A stretch of DNA of 16,032 nucleotides from Candidatus Fraserbacteria bacterium (GTDB lineage Bacteria > Bipolaricaulota > Bipolaricaulia > RBG-16-55-9): positions 1 to 16,032 of the forward strand of contig JBBIOR010000031.1 of NCBI GenBank assembly GCA_037443265.1, written 5' to 3'. Of the stretch, positions 8,324-16,032 are shown piece by piece (the first letter of the stretch is position 1; every line of letters starts with the position of its first letter). The position numbers and the translations under genes were made by a program. The notes beneath the pieces were generated by a model. That model was given only the letters and a program-made list of their open reading frames with translations, was not told the DNA's origin and did not search any database.

Positions 8324-9059
8324 GCCTACCCCGCCATCTTGGGTGCGCGTCTGGCGCGGCTCTTCCCAGGGAGGCGAATTTTTAGATTATAAAGTCCCCG
8401 GCGAGCCGGGCATGGTGGTGCTGGATGCCCTCCTGTATATTCAAGCCAACTACGCTCCGGATCTGGCGATTCGCTGGAACTGCAAGGCGGCCCACTGCGG
8501 CTCCTGCAGTGCCGAAATCAACGGGAAGCCCCGCCTCACCTGCAAGACGCGCCTTTCGGAATTCGAGGGCCAGATCATCACTGTCGCGCCCATGAGGGCC
8601 TTCCCGATCATCAAAGATCTGGTGACCGACGTCAAGTGGAATTATGAAGTGCTCAAGAAGATCCCGCCGTTTCAGCCGCAGCCAGATGCCAAGGAGCCTT
8701 GGACGATCTATCAGCGGGATATCGAGCGCGCACAAGAATTTCATAGATGCATCGAGTGTTTCTTGTGTCAGGACGTCTGCCACGTGCTGCGCACGCACCG
8801 CAAGATGGCGGAGTTTGCCGGACCGCGCTTTCTGATCAAACTGGCCGCCCTGGAGATGCACCCCCTGGACACGGGCCAGCGCCTGGAATTCATTAAAGAC
8901 GCAGCGGGCATCGGCTACTGCAACATCACCAAGTGCTGCACAGAAGTCTGCCCCGAGCAGATCACCATCACGGATAACGCGATCATTCCGCTCAAGGAGC
9001 GTGTGGCCGATGAGTTTTATGATCCGCTGCGCTGGCTGCTCCGAAAGCTCCGGGGCTAG
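8316..9059 (+). CDS. sdhB: Succinate dehydrogenase/fumarate reductase iron-sulfur subunit
   Basis: CKAAHCGSC..C [2Fe-2S] motif, CIECFLCQDVC and CNITKCCTEVCP. ATG at 8316 follows AGGAGGAG and overlaps the end of sdhA by 8 nt. Confidence 0.95.
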
Positions 9060-10017
9060 AATCCTTCCTCCTCTCCCAGGGGTTTTGCACGTGGCAGGGG
9101 CGTCCGGTCTTGGCTATGTAATCTTGATGATACTCCTCCGCCGGCCAGAAGGTCTGGGCCGGCTCCAGTTGGGTGACGATGCGTCTTTTACCGTACCGCC
9201 TGGAAGCCTCCAGCTCGCGGAGGAAGCGTTCCGCTTCCTGCCGCTGTTCTTCGCTCGTGTACCAGATCCCAGAACGATACTGCTGCCCTATGTCAGGCCC
9301 CTGCCGGTTCAGCTGAGTGGGATCGTGCATGTCAAAAAAAGCCTCTAAGAGCCGGCGGTAGCTGATCCGCTTGGGATCGTAAATCACCTTCACCGTTTCC
9401 GCGTGTCCGGTGTTGCCCGCGCACACCTGCTCGTAGGTGGGATGATCCACAGGCCCCTGCATGTATCCCGAGATGACGTCGATGACGCCAGGACCCTGCT
9501 GGAAGTAATGTTCAAGGCCCCAGAAGCACCCTCCGGCAAAGTAGGCCACCTCGGCCTCTACGGGACGGCTTTCCGGCGGAAGCTCCTCCCCCCGCTCGTA
9601 AAAGCGCAGGGCCGCGGAGTTGAGGCAATGGCGCTCCCCTGTAGGGGGCGGACCGTCATCGAACACGTGCCCCAAGTGCGCTCCGCAGCGGGCACATAGC
9701 AACTCCGTTCGCACCATGCCATGGGAGAGATCGGGCTTGCGCGCCACATGCTCGGGGTCGAACTCGCGGTAAAAAGAGGCCCAGCCGGTGCCAGATTCAT
9801 ATTGATGATCGCTTAAGTACAGCGGCAATCCACAGACGACGCAGACGTAGATCCCATCTTTGGGGTGGTCGACAAACTGGCCGCAGAAGGGCGGTTCGGT
9901 GCCAGCCTTCTGGGTGACGCGAAAGCTTTCCGGGTCCAAGCGGGCCGCTCGGCTCGCTACTTCTTCCTGGGGCAGGGGCGTGATGTCGTAATGGGATTTG
10001 GAATACCGCGGCTTCAC
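8992..10017 (-). CDS. msrAB: Bifunctional methionine sulfoxide reductase, MsrB (N-terminal) fused to MsrA (C-terminal)
   Basis: MsrB: GTEPPF, CVVC/CARC Zn pairs, HLGHVFDDGP, RHCLNS. MsrA: FAGGCFWG, TGHAE, HDPTQLNRQGPDIG, AEEYHQDY. RBS AAGGAGG before GTG. Confidence 0.95.
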   Translation of the reverse strand: MKPRYSKSHYDITPLPQEEVASRAARLDPESFRVTQKAGTEPPFCGQFVDHPKDGIYVCVVCGLPLYLSDHQYESGTGWASFYREFDPEHVARKPDLSHGMVRTELLCARCGAHLGHVFDDGPPPTGERHCLNSAALRFYERGEELPPESRPVEAEVAYFAGGCFWGLEHYFQQGPGVIDVISGYMQGPVDHPTYEQVCAGNTGHAETVKVIYDPKRISYRRLLEAFFDMHDPTQLNRQGPDIGQQYRSGIWYTSEEQRQEAERFLRELEASRRYGKRRIVTQLEPAQTFWPAEEYHQDYIAKTGRPCHVQNPWERRKDSSPGAFGAASAADHKTHRPHAP

Positions 10018-10066
10018 GGATGCCCTCCTTTATCTCGACTGGGAGTCTACCCGGGCATATAGGCCA

Positions 10067-10096
10067 TTGACAACTGGGCAGAGGATGCTCTACACT
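10067..10096 (+). promoter_or_regulatory. Probable sigma70 promoter for sodC (near-leaderless transcript)
   Basis: TTGACA (10067-10072), 18 nt, TACACT (10091-10096). The ATG is 8 nt further on and has no Shine-Dalgarno sequence. Confidence 0.55.
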
Positions 10097-10104
10097 GCCA
10101 GAAT

Positions 10105-10731
10105 ATGAGGGAGAGACGGCTGCTCAGCCTCCTGGTCATAGTCGCGGGGATCTGGGTTCTGGTAGTCCCCGCGTGGGCGGCCGAGGAGCGAGCTGTGGTG
10201 GAACTGCGCGACTCACAAGGGCAGCTCGTAGGCATCGCCATACTCGCACAAGAAGAGGCAGGCGTTCGCATCGGCGTGGTCGTGAAAAACCTAAGCCCTG
10301 GGCTGCACGGCATTCACCTCCATGCCGCCGGCACATGCGAGCCACCGGATTTCTCATCGGCGGGTCCTCACTTCAACCCGCTAGGCAAGAAGCACGGCTT
10401 GGACAACCCCCAAGGCCCTCATGCGGGAGACTTGCCCAATCTCGCAGTCGGGCCCGATGGCACGGGCATCCTGGACATCATCACGGAGCGCGTGACGCTT
10501 AAGGCGGGGCCGCTATCGCTCTTCGACGCCGATGGAAGCGCCCTGGTCATCCACGCCGGCCCGGATGATCAACAGAGCGATCCCGCGGGCAACAGCGGCG
10601 GACGCATCGCCTGCGGGATCATCCTGCCTCGCGTTGAACCAGGCCCCGGTGACGGCAGGCCTACGCTCTTGCTGCTCATATTGGTCGTCCTGACTGCGCT
10701 GCTCCTTCTCTTTCTAGGGGTGTTGCGCTGA
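10105..10731 (+). CDS. sodC: Cu/Zn superoxide dismutase with signal peptide and C-terminal TM anchor
   Basis: HGIHLH, GPHFNP, KHG, HAGDLPNL, VIHAGPDD and GNSGGRIACG; signal peptide ending AWA; Leu-rich C-terminal helix. Confidence 0.93.
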   Translation: MRERRLLSLLVIVAGIWVLVVPAWAAEERAVVELRDSQGQLVGIAILAQEEAGVRIGVVVKNLSPGLHGIHLHAAGTCEPPDFSSAGPHFNPLGKKHGLDNPQGPHAGDLPNLAVGPDGTGILDIITERVTLKAGPLSLFDADGSALVIHAGPDDQQSDPAGNSGGRIACGIILPRVEPGPGDGRPTLLLLILVVLTALLLLFLGVLR

Positions 10732-10738
10732 AAGACGC

Positions 10739-10767
10739 TTGACATCTCCTTGCGCAGATCATAAAAT
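10739..10767 (+). promoter_or_regulatory. Sigma70 promoter for bpsA-speD
   Basis: TTGACA (10739-10744), 17 nt, TAAAAT (10762-10767). Confidence 0.75.
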
Positions 10768-10884
10768 CTCCTTTGATCTCCAAAGGGGGAGCCGCGAGGT
10801 CTCCAGTCCAGGACCTCGCATGAGCGCTGGAAATTCCAACTACGCAGAGCTGTGGATTAGCTCTGCTCTAAGAGGAGGGGGTCA
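10768..10884 (+). promoter_or_regulatory. Structured 5' leader, candidate cis-regulatory RNA
   Basis: Perfect 8-bp stems GCGAGGTC/GACCTCGC (10794-10801/10812-10819) and GCAGAGCT/AGCTCTGC (10844-10851/10859-10866), plus CTCCTTTG/CAAAGGGG and TGGAAATTCCA, in about 110 nt before the RBS. Confidence 0.45.
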
Positions 10885-12012
10885 TTGGCTCGAACGAGCC
10901 TCTATGAGCGAATCCGACGGAAGACGACCGTACCGGCCACGGAGCGAGACGTCGAGCGGGTCCTCGCCAGCCTTAAGGCCGCGCAGGATATCTGGGAGCT
11001 CATGGGCATCTGTGACGTCCCGCTGGCTGTCTTGCCCGTCATCCTGGAGGAGTGTCAGCGAGAGGGCCTGCTGCGGCGGCAGGGGGATCGTTGGGAACTC
11101 ACATCGGCCGGTCGAGCCTTCGTCGAGGAGCGCGGCTGGACCCCTCTTCCATCAGCCCGCTGCCCGGCCTGCTTGGGCCGCGGCCTCGATCTCTCCCCCC
11201 TCCAGAAGCTCCTAGAAAAATTCACAAAGATCAGCGAAGATCGTCCGCCTGCGCACGCGGAGTACGACCAGGGATACGTGACGCCGGAGACGACCATCGC
11301 GCGCATCGCCCTCATGCGCCTCCGGGGAGATCTCGATGGCAAGAGGGTCATCGTGCTGGGGGATGATGATCTGGTGGGAATCGCAGCCGCGCTGAGCGGC
11401 TTTCCCCAGCATATCACCGTGCTGGAGATCGATCAAGATCTTGTGGCCTTCATTCAAGAGATCCAGGAACGCTTCGGACTCCCCAGGCTCGACGTGCGGG
11501 CTCATGACCTGCAAGACCCCCTGCCTCATGATCTTTTAAGGAGCTATGACACGTTTGCCAGTGATCCTCCGGAGAGCCTGGATGGATTCAAGCTCTTCGT
11601 AAGCCGGGGTCTAAGCACTCTCCGGGGCGAAGGGAGCGCGGGCTACTTTGGGCTCAGCCGCCATGAAGCCTCTTTAGCCAAGTGGCACCAGCTGCAAGCT
11701 TGGCTGCTTATGCAAGGTGCCGCAATCACAGACGTCATCGATGACTTCAACACCTATCTCCCCTGGCCCTACTGGGAGGAGATGCGTGCCCGCCACTGGC
11801 TGCAAATTCAAAGACCTCCCACGCGCCCTTGGTATCGCTCGACCCTCTATCGCGTTGAGCTGATTTTAGCGAAAGAGTACCCGAATGAGCCCTTCCAGGG
11901 GACGTTTGAGGATCCCGAGCTGGCAACTGTGGGCAGAAGCCCTTCCGGCACAGGAGGTGACAATGCGGCCGCTGGGACGACATCTCATCATGGACGCCTG
12001 GGAGTGCAATGA
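10885..12012 (+). CDS. bpsA: Branched-chain polyamine synthase (N4-bis(aminopropyl)spermidine synthase, DUF43)
   Basis: CPAC.GRG, YDQGYVTPETTIARIALM, LGDDDL, EID, DPPES, GYFGLS..EAS..KW and WYRS. TTG start after AGAGGAGG. Confidence 0.9.
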   Translation: MARTSLYERIRRKTTVPATERDVERVLASLKAAQDIWELMGICDVPLAVLPVILEECQREGLLRRQGDRWELTSAGRAFVEERGWTPLPSARCPACLGRGLDLSPLQKLLEKFTKISEDRPPAHAEYDQGYVTPETTIARIALMRLRGDLDGKRVIVLGDDDLVGIAAALSGFPQHITVLEIDQDLVAFIQEIQERFGLPRLDVRAHDLQDPLPHDLLRSYDTFASDPPESLDGFKLFVSRGLSTLRGEGSAGYFGLSRHEASLAKWHQLQAWLLMQGAAITDVIDDFNTYLPWPYWEEMRARHWLQIQRPPTRPWYRSTLYRVELILAKEYPNEPFQGTFEDPELATVGRSPSGTGGDNAAAGTTSHHGRLGVQ

Positions 12013-12379
12013 AGAGATCAATTCCGTGGAGGCCATCGCGGAAGCCTTGTGCGAGGCCGTCTCAAGAAGCCGGGCCACGCTGATCGAGCTGTTCGTCCAT
12101 CCCTTCACCCCACACGGGGTAAGCGGAGTCGCCGTGATCGCAGAATCGCACATCGCCGTCCACACGTGGCCGGAGAAATCTTACCTGAGCCTGGATGTGT
12201 TCACCTGTGGGGAACGCGCGATGCCTGAGGCGGTCATCGAGGTCTTTAAAGAGCGCTTCCGACCTGGGCGCTGCCACCTTATCGAGATTCCCCGCGGCCA
12301 GTGGCCCGCGACGGCGCAGAATAGCTTCGCTGTTTCTCACTCCGCTCGAAATAGCCTACAGCACGCCTGCGACAGTTGA
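11963..12379 (+). CDS. speD: S-adenosylmethionine decarboxylase proenzyme (short, class 1B type)
   Basis: LGRHLIMD, HPFTPHGVSGVAVIAESHIAVHTWPE (E-S pyruvoyl cleavage site) and DVFTCG. ATG 11963 follows GGAGGTGA. Supplies dcSAM for BpsA. Confidence 0.9.
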   Translation: MRPLGRHLIMDAWECNEEINSVEAIAEALCEAVSRSRATLIELFVHPFTPHGVSGVAVIAESHIAVHTWPEKSYLSLDVFTCGERAMPEAVIEVFKERFRPGRCHLIEIPRGQWPATAQNSFAVSHSARNSLQHACDS

Positions 12380-12427
12380 CTTCCGCTCCACCGGAGGCTA
12401 CCCTCTCTTCACGAGGTGATCCGCGGC

Positions 12428-13753
12428 ATGGCGCGATGGGAGCTCCGAATCGTAGGGCTCTTATTCCTGCTCGTCTCCGGCCTGCCGCTCACAGCTCAGC
12501 CGGAGATCCCCGTCACCGTGACGGTGACCCTCGACGGAAGGCCCGCCGAGGCCCTAATCAAAATCTTTCAGAATGAGCAGCTGCGGAGCGTAGAGTATAC
12601 CGATGTGCATACGCCCGGTCGCGCTCAATTCCAACTACCCCCGGGAGACTATACTCTGAGCGTCGAGCGCGGGGCCGGCTTCACAGCCCTACCCAAGACT
12701 TTGCCGCTGGCCGTCTCCAGCTCTGCCGTGGTGCTGGCTGCCCGTCTGGAGCGGGCACTCGATCCCCGCTCGCAGGGCTATTATTCAGCCGATTTGCACG
12801 CCCACTCTCTCGCGGGCAACGCAGCCATGGAACGATTCTTTCGGCTCCGCAACGAGGCGGCCACCCCCACAGATCAACTCGTGGGCGTGCAGATGGCAGC
12901 CGATCTCGACATCGTCTTCCTAAGCGATCACAACTCCGTCGACGGACACGAGCTCTTCGCCCGGACGGCCCGTGAGCGCGCTGTTCCCTTCCTCTTGAGT
13001 GAGGAGATCACCACGCTGGTGGCGGGCCATTTCAACCCCTATCCGCTCAACCCGGCAGAGCTGGTGGAATTCGATTTCAACAAGACACCCAGTCAATTCT
13101 TTGCCGAGGCTCGAGCCAAAGGGGCAGTGATCCTGCAAGTCAATCACCCTTACGATCCGCTCTTCGGCTATTTCCTCGAGCGCAATCGCGCGCTGTTCGA
13201 TCCCTCCTTTGACGCGGTGGAAGTCTTCAACGGCCCCTTCGACGAGACCGACCTTAGGACCATCCAACGGATGTTCGAGTTCTGGAACGAGGGTAAGCGC
13301 TACACGGCCGTAGGCGTCTCCGACGATCACGACTGGAAAGATCTGCTCACACAATACGGCACCCCGCGAACCTATGTGCTAGCGGGGGAGGAGCTTTCTG
13401 TGGAGAGATTCATCGCAGCGCTCAAGGCGGGTCGTGCCTTCGCCACGTATGGGCCACTGGTCTTCTTCACGGCCTTGGGCTTCGCCGTGCCGGGGGATAC
13501 GGTGCAGCTTAGAGCCGGTGAGAAGCTCTCGCTTAGGGCGGAGATTCAAAGCGTCACGCCGTTGGATGGACTGAAGGCCGAGATCGTCCATAATAGGGAG
13601 CCTCTGGGCTCGTTTGTGCTGCACGGCCTATCCCAGACGATCTCAACGGAGGATACCCCCACCCGCGCCGGCTGGTATGCCGTGCGCCTGCTCGACGCCC
13701 AGCAAAGATATCTGGCCCTGACCAACCCCATCTGGGTTGAACTAGGCTCTTAA
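12428..13753 (+). CDS. Secreted PHP-domain (CehA/McbA-like) metallohydrolase
   Basis: Signal peptide, N-terminal beta-rich domain, motifs DLHAHS, SDHN, SEEIT, GHFN, NHP, EVFNG, SDDH and terminal TNPIWV. Start placed at ATG 12428 (GAGGTG 9 nt upstream); GTG 12416 is the alternative. Confidence 0.75.
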   Translation: MARWELRIVGLLFLLVSGLPLTAQPEIPVTVTVTLDGRPAEALIKIFQNEQLRSVEYTDVHTPGRAQFQLPPGDYTLSVERGAGFTALPKTLPLAVSSSAVVLAARLERALDPRSQGYYSADLHAHSLAGNAAMERFFRLRNEAATPTDQLVGVQMAADLDIVFLSDHNSVDGHELFARTARERAVPFLLSEEITTLVAGHFNPYPLNPAELVEFDFNKTPSQFFAEARAKGAVILQVNHPYDPLFGYFLERNRALFDPSFDAVEVFNGPFDETDLRTIQRMFEFWNEGKRYTAVGVSDDHDWKDLLTQYGTPRTYVLAGEELSVERFIAALKAGRAFATYGPLVFFTALGFAVPGDTVQLRAGEKLSLRAEIQSVTPLDGLKAEIVHNREPLGSFVLHGLSQTISTEDTPTRAGWYAVRLLDAQQRYLALTNPIWVELGS

Positions 13754-13815
13754 GAAAAGATCGTATCGGAAAGCCCAGCCAGGATTCTATAATTGAATTT
13801 GAGGAGGGGATGTGC

Positions 13816-14607
13816 ATGAAGCAGCTCGCTGTGGCACTAAGCCTTGTGGGGATATTGATGGCCTTCTCTTGGGCGCAACCGGACAGCGGCCAGATGGAGC
13901 AGACTCCCGGAGCTCCAAAGTCCATGGATCAAAAGCAGCTCCAGAGGGAGATCATGCTGCTTCGACTCATCAACGAGATGGGCCTGAGCCAGGATCAGCT
14001 GACCACTCTCAAAGAGATCGTCTCAAGCTTGGAGGCCGGCCAGCAAGCCGTCCTCCAAGCCCAACAGGAACTCCGGGATTTCCTCGCCAGCTACTCAGGA
14101 ACTCCAGAGGGCTTCGCGGAAGCTGTCAAGCCCTATGATGAGAAGGTCGCTCAAGCTAGCAAGAACTTCCAAGAGAAGCTCCAGGCCTCCGTGGAGCGGG
14201 TCAAGAGCGTGCTCACCCTCAAGCAAGGCGAGATCCTGCACAAGTTCCTCCTGCAACACAGGCGCCACGCCCTCCAGAAATTTGCGATGCCCATGCCCAA
14301 ATGGCCTGAGGATATGGAGTTCCACAGGCGGGGGTATGCTCCTCCGAAAGACGCCTGGGAGAAGCTTAAGCAGCTAAAAGAGCAGATCGGGAGATGGCTA
14401 GATCGCTGGGGTATTGATCTCGATGCCAAGCGCCTTGAGAGACAACACGCCATGCCGCGCGGGGAAGAGATGCCCATGCATGGGGGCATCAGCTCGCTGG
14501 AGGGCGACTTCATCGAACGCTTCCTCATGCACCACCTAGATCTTCTAGATCTGCTAGAGAAGATCATCACGGAGAAGCTCCAGAAGATGGGCACAACTCA
14601 CATTTAA
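13816..14607 (+). CDS. Exported helical protein, Spy/CpxP-like (LTxxQ-type motifs)
   Basis: Signal peptide ending AFSWA; LSQDQ and LTLKQ motifs flank a coiled-coil; Met/His-rich segments. AGGAGG spacing favours ATG 13816; TATAAT at 13788-13793. Family assignment is tentative. Confidence 0.6.
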   Translation: MKQLAVALSLVGILMAFSWAQPDSGQMEQTPGAPKSMDQKQLQREIMLLRLINEMGLSQDQLTTLKEIVSSLEAGQQAVLQAQQELRDFLASYSGTPEGFAEAVKPYDEKVAQASKNFQEKLQASVERVKSVLTLKQGEILHKFLLQHRRHALQKFAMPMPKWPEDMEFHRRGYAPPKDAWEKLKQLKEQIGRWLDRWGIDLDAKRLERQHAMPRGEEMPMHGGISSLEGDFIERFLMHHLDLLDLLEKIITEKLQKMGTTHI

Positions 14608-15314
14608 CGCATCACAAGGTAGAGCAGCAGAACGGTTCCCAGCACTAGAAGAGCGGCCCAACGCCTAAGATCCTCCAACAGCGATGAGCTCTCTTCTCCA
14701 ACCGCCTGCCATTGGCGCATAAGCGCTTCCGCTTGCTGGACGGCCTGATCTAAACGTTTTGTGAGTTGCTCAGCTTGTTCTAGCGTTGCCAGGGCCCGCT
14801 GGGGAATTTGAGGATCTTTTACGAGCGCGTTGGCCGCATCCAGCGTCTCTTCCAACTGGGCAAGCACGCGGGTAAGCCGCTGGGAGAGCTCCAGCTCCGA
14901 GACAGTCCCCGCGCCGATGAGCATCTCTCCCGCCTTAAGAATGCGACCCTCGCCCGGCCCCGGCCAGATCTCCACATACTTTTCGCCCAACAGTCCGAGC
15001 ATCCCGATGAGCACCCGATCATCGGAGCGAATCTGAAGGCCCTTGGGCAGCCAGAGACGGAGTTCCACTTGCGTCACAGGCGAAGAGGCTTCACGGACGA
15101 TCCGGATGCCCTTCACCTCACCCACCTCTACGCCAGCGAACTTCACGGGTGCTCCCACCACCAACCCACCTGCCGACTCGAAGACCGCCCGAATCTCATA
15201 GCCCGTGCTCAGCACGCGCCAGTCCCGGATCGCCAGGACGATGACGGCCATAATCAGCAGCCCCAAGACCACGAACAGCCCAACCCGTAAGAGCAGACGG
15301 GGCTCCCTCTCCAT
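14604..15314 (-). CDS. mlaD: MlaD/MCE-family lipid transport protein
   Basis: N-terminal TM (RVGLFV), F.SAGGL.VGAPVKFAGVEVGEV, GLLGEKYVEIWPG, helical region and a second TM at the C-terminus. Confidence 0.88.
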   Translation of the reverse strand: MEREPRLLLRVGLFVVLGLLIMAVIVLAIRDWRVLSTGYEIRAVFESAGGLVVGAPVKFAGVEVGEVKGIRIVREASSPVTQVELRLWLPKGLQIRSDDRVLIGMLGLLGEKYVEIWPGPGEGRILKAGEMLIGAGTVSELELSQRLTRVLAQLEETLDAANALVKDPQIPQRALATLEQAEQLTKRLDQAVQQAEALMRQWQAVGEESSSLLEDLRRWAALLVLGTVLLLYLVMR

Positions 15315-15323
15315 GAAAGCCTC

Positions 15324-16031
15324 CTACGAGCGCCCGTAGGGGTGTCCCAAGAGGAATTCCCGAACCAGCGGCTCCTCCATGGCTTGAAACTCCTCCGGTG
15401 TGCCCCAGGCCACGATTCGGCCGCCTCCGAGTAACGCCAGACGATCCCCGATCTCGAAGGCCGTCGTGAGATCATGCGTCACAATGAGAGACGTGACGCC
15501 CAATTGATCTCTGAGTTTGCAAATGAGCGCGTTGATCTCCTGACCCATGAGGGGATCGACCCCGGAGGTGGGTTCATCGTACAAGATGATCTCGGGCTTT
15601 AGGGCGATGGCCCGCGCCAGCCCCACGCGCTTCTTCATCCCACCCGAAAGCTCGTTGGGGTACATCTCTTCAATGCCCTTAAGGCCCACCAGAGTGAGAC
15701 ACTCCCTCACGCGCTCGCCTATCTCCTTAGGAGGCATCCTCGTGTGCTCGCAGAGCGCAAAGCCGACGTTCTCAAAGACCGTCAAAGAGTCAAAGAGAGC
15801 CGCCTCCTGAAAGAGCATTCCGATCTTGAGCCGCACCCGATCCAGCTCCCGCTCAGAGAGCCTCGTGATCTCTACGCCGTCGATAAAGACGCGGCCGGCA
15901 TCGGGTCTTAGGAGCCCAATGATGTGCTTGAGCAGCACGGTCTTGCCACAGCCGCTTCGGCCCAAAATCACGAGTGTTTCCCCGCGCTTCACCGAGAGAT
16001 CTACACCGCGCAGGACGGGTCGGCCTCCTAA
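15324..16031 (-). CDS. mlaF: ABC transporter ATP-binding protein, MlaF/Mkl family (5' end outside the window)
   Basis: Walker A GRSGCGKT, FQEAALFDSLTVFENV, LSGGMKKRVGLARA, ILYDEPTSG and VTHD. The frame stays open to the window edge (LGGRPVLRGVDLSV). Confidence 0.9.
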   Translation of the reverse strand, partial: LGGRPVLRGVDLSVKRGETLVILGRSGCGKTVLLKHIIGLLRPDAGRVFIDGVEITRLSERELDRVRLKIGMLFQEAALFDSLTVFENVGFALCEHTRMPPKEIGERVRECLTLVGLKGIEEMYPNELSGGMKKRVGLARAIALKPEIILYDEPTSGVDPLMGQEINALICKLRDQLGVTSLIVTHDLTTAFEIGDRLALLGGGRIVAWGTPEEFQAMEEPLVREFLLGHPYGRS

Positions 16032-16032
16032 G

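Noticed and set aside
11885..11962. N-terminal extension of SpeD
   Set aside because: The RBS GGAGGTGA and the family start (..LGRHL) indicate ATG 11963.

Overview
Bacterial window, mostly GC-rich and probably from a thermophile (it encodes BpsA; the lineage cannot be fixed from sequence alone). Positions ~3270-16032 are mainly housekeeping genes: carbamate kinase, pyruvate kinase, a mycobacterial Sdh1-like succinate dehydrogenase operon, an MsrB-MsrA fusion, a Cu/Zn SOD, bpsA-speD behind a structured leader, a secreted PHP-like metallohydrolase, a Spy/CpxP-like protein and mlaF-mlaD. Positions 1-3245 are a visibly more AT-rich minus-strand accessory locus and the main discovery candidate. 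It has a near-consensus sigma70 promoter running into a (CCTTA)7 microsatellite, then a Tat-lipoprotein precursor (284 codons, one in-frame TAA) ending in a Cys-rich hydrophobic tip. Two further, different tips follow, one an orphan fragment with a 1-nt frameshift. All three start after an '..AQ' junction and have mirror-symmetric Cys spacing, suggesting disulfide-stapled helical hairpins. Small membrane-protein genes (immunity candidates) are interspersed, and an internally deleted 'empty' precursor copy closes the locus. The layout resembles a polymorphic, cassette-type halocin-C8-like peptide toxin system; the function is inferred, not shown.
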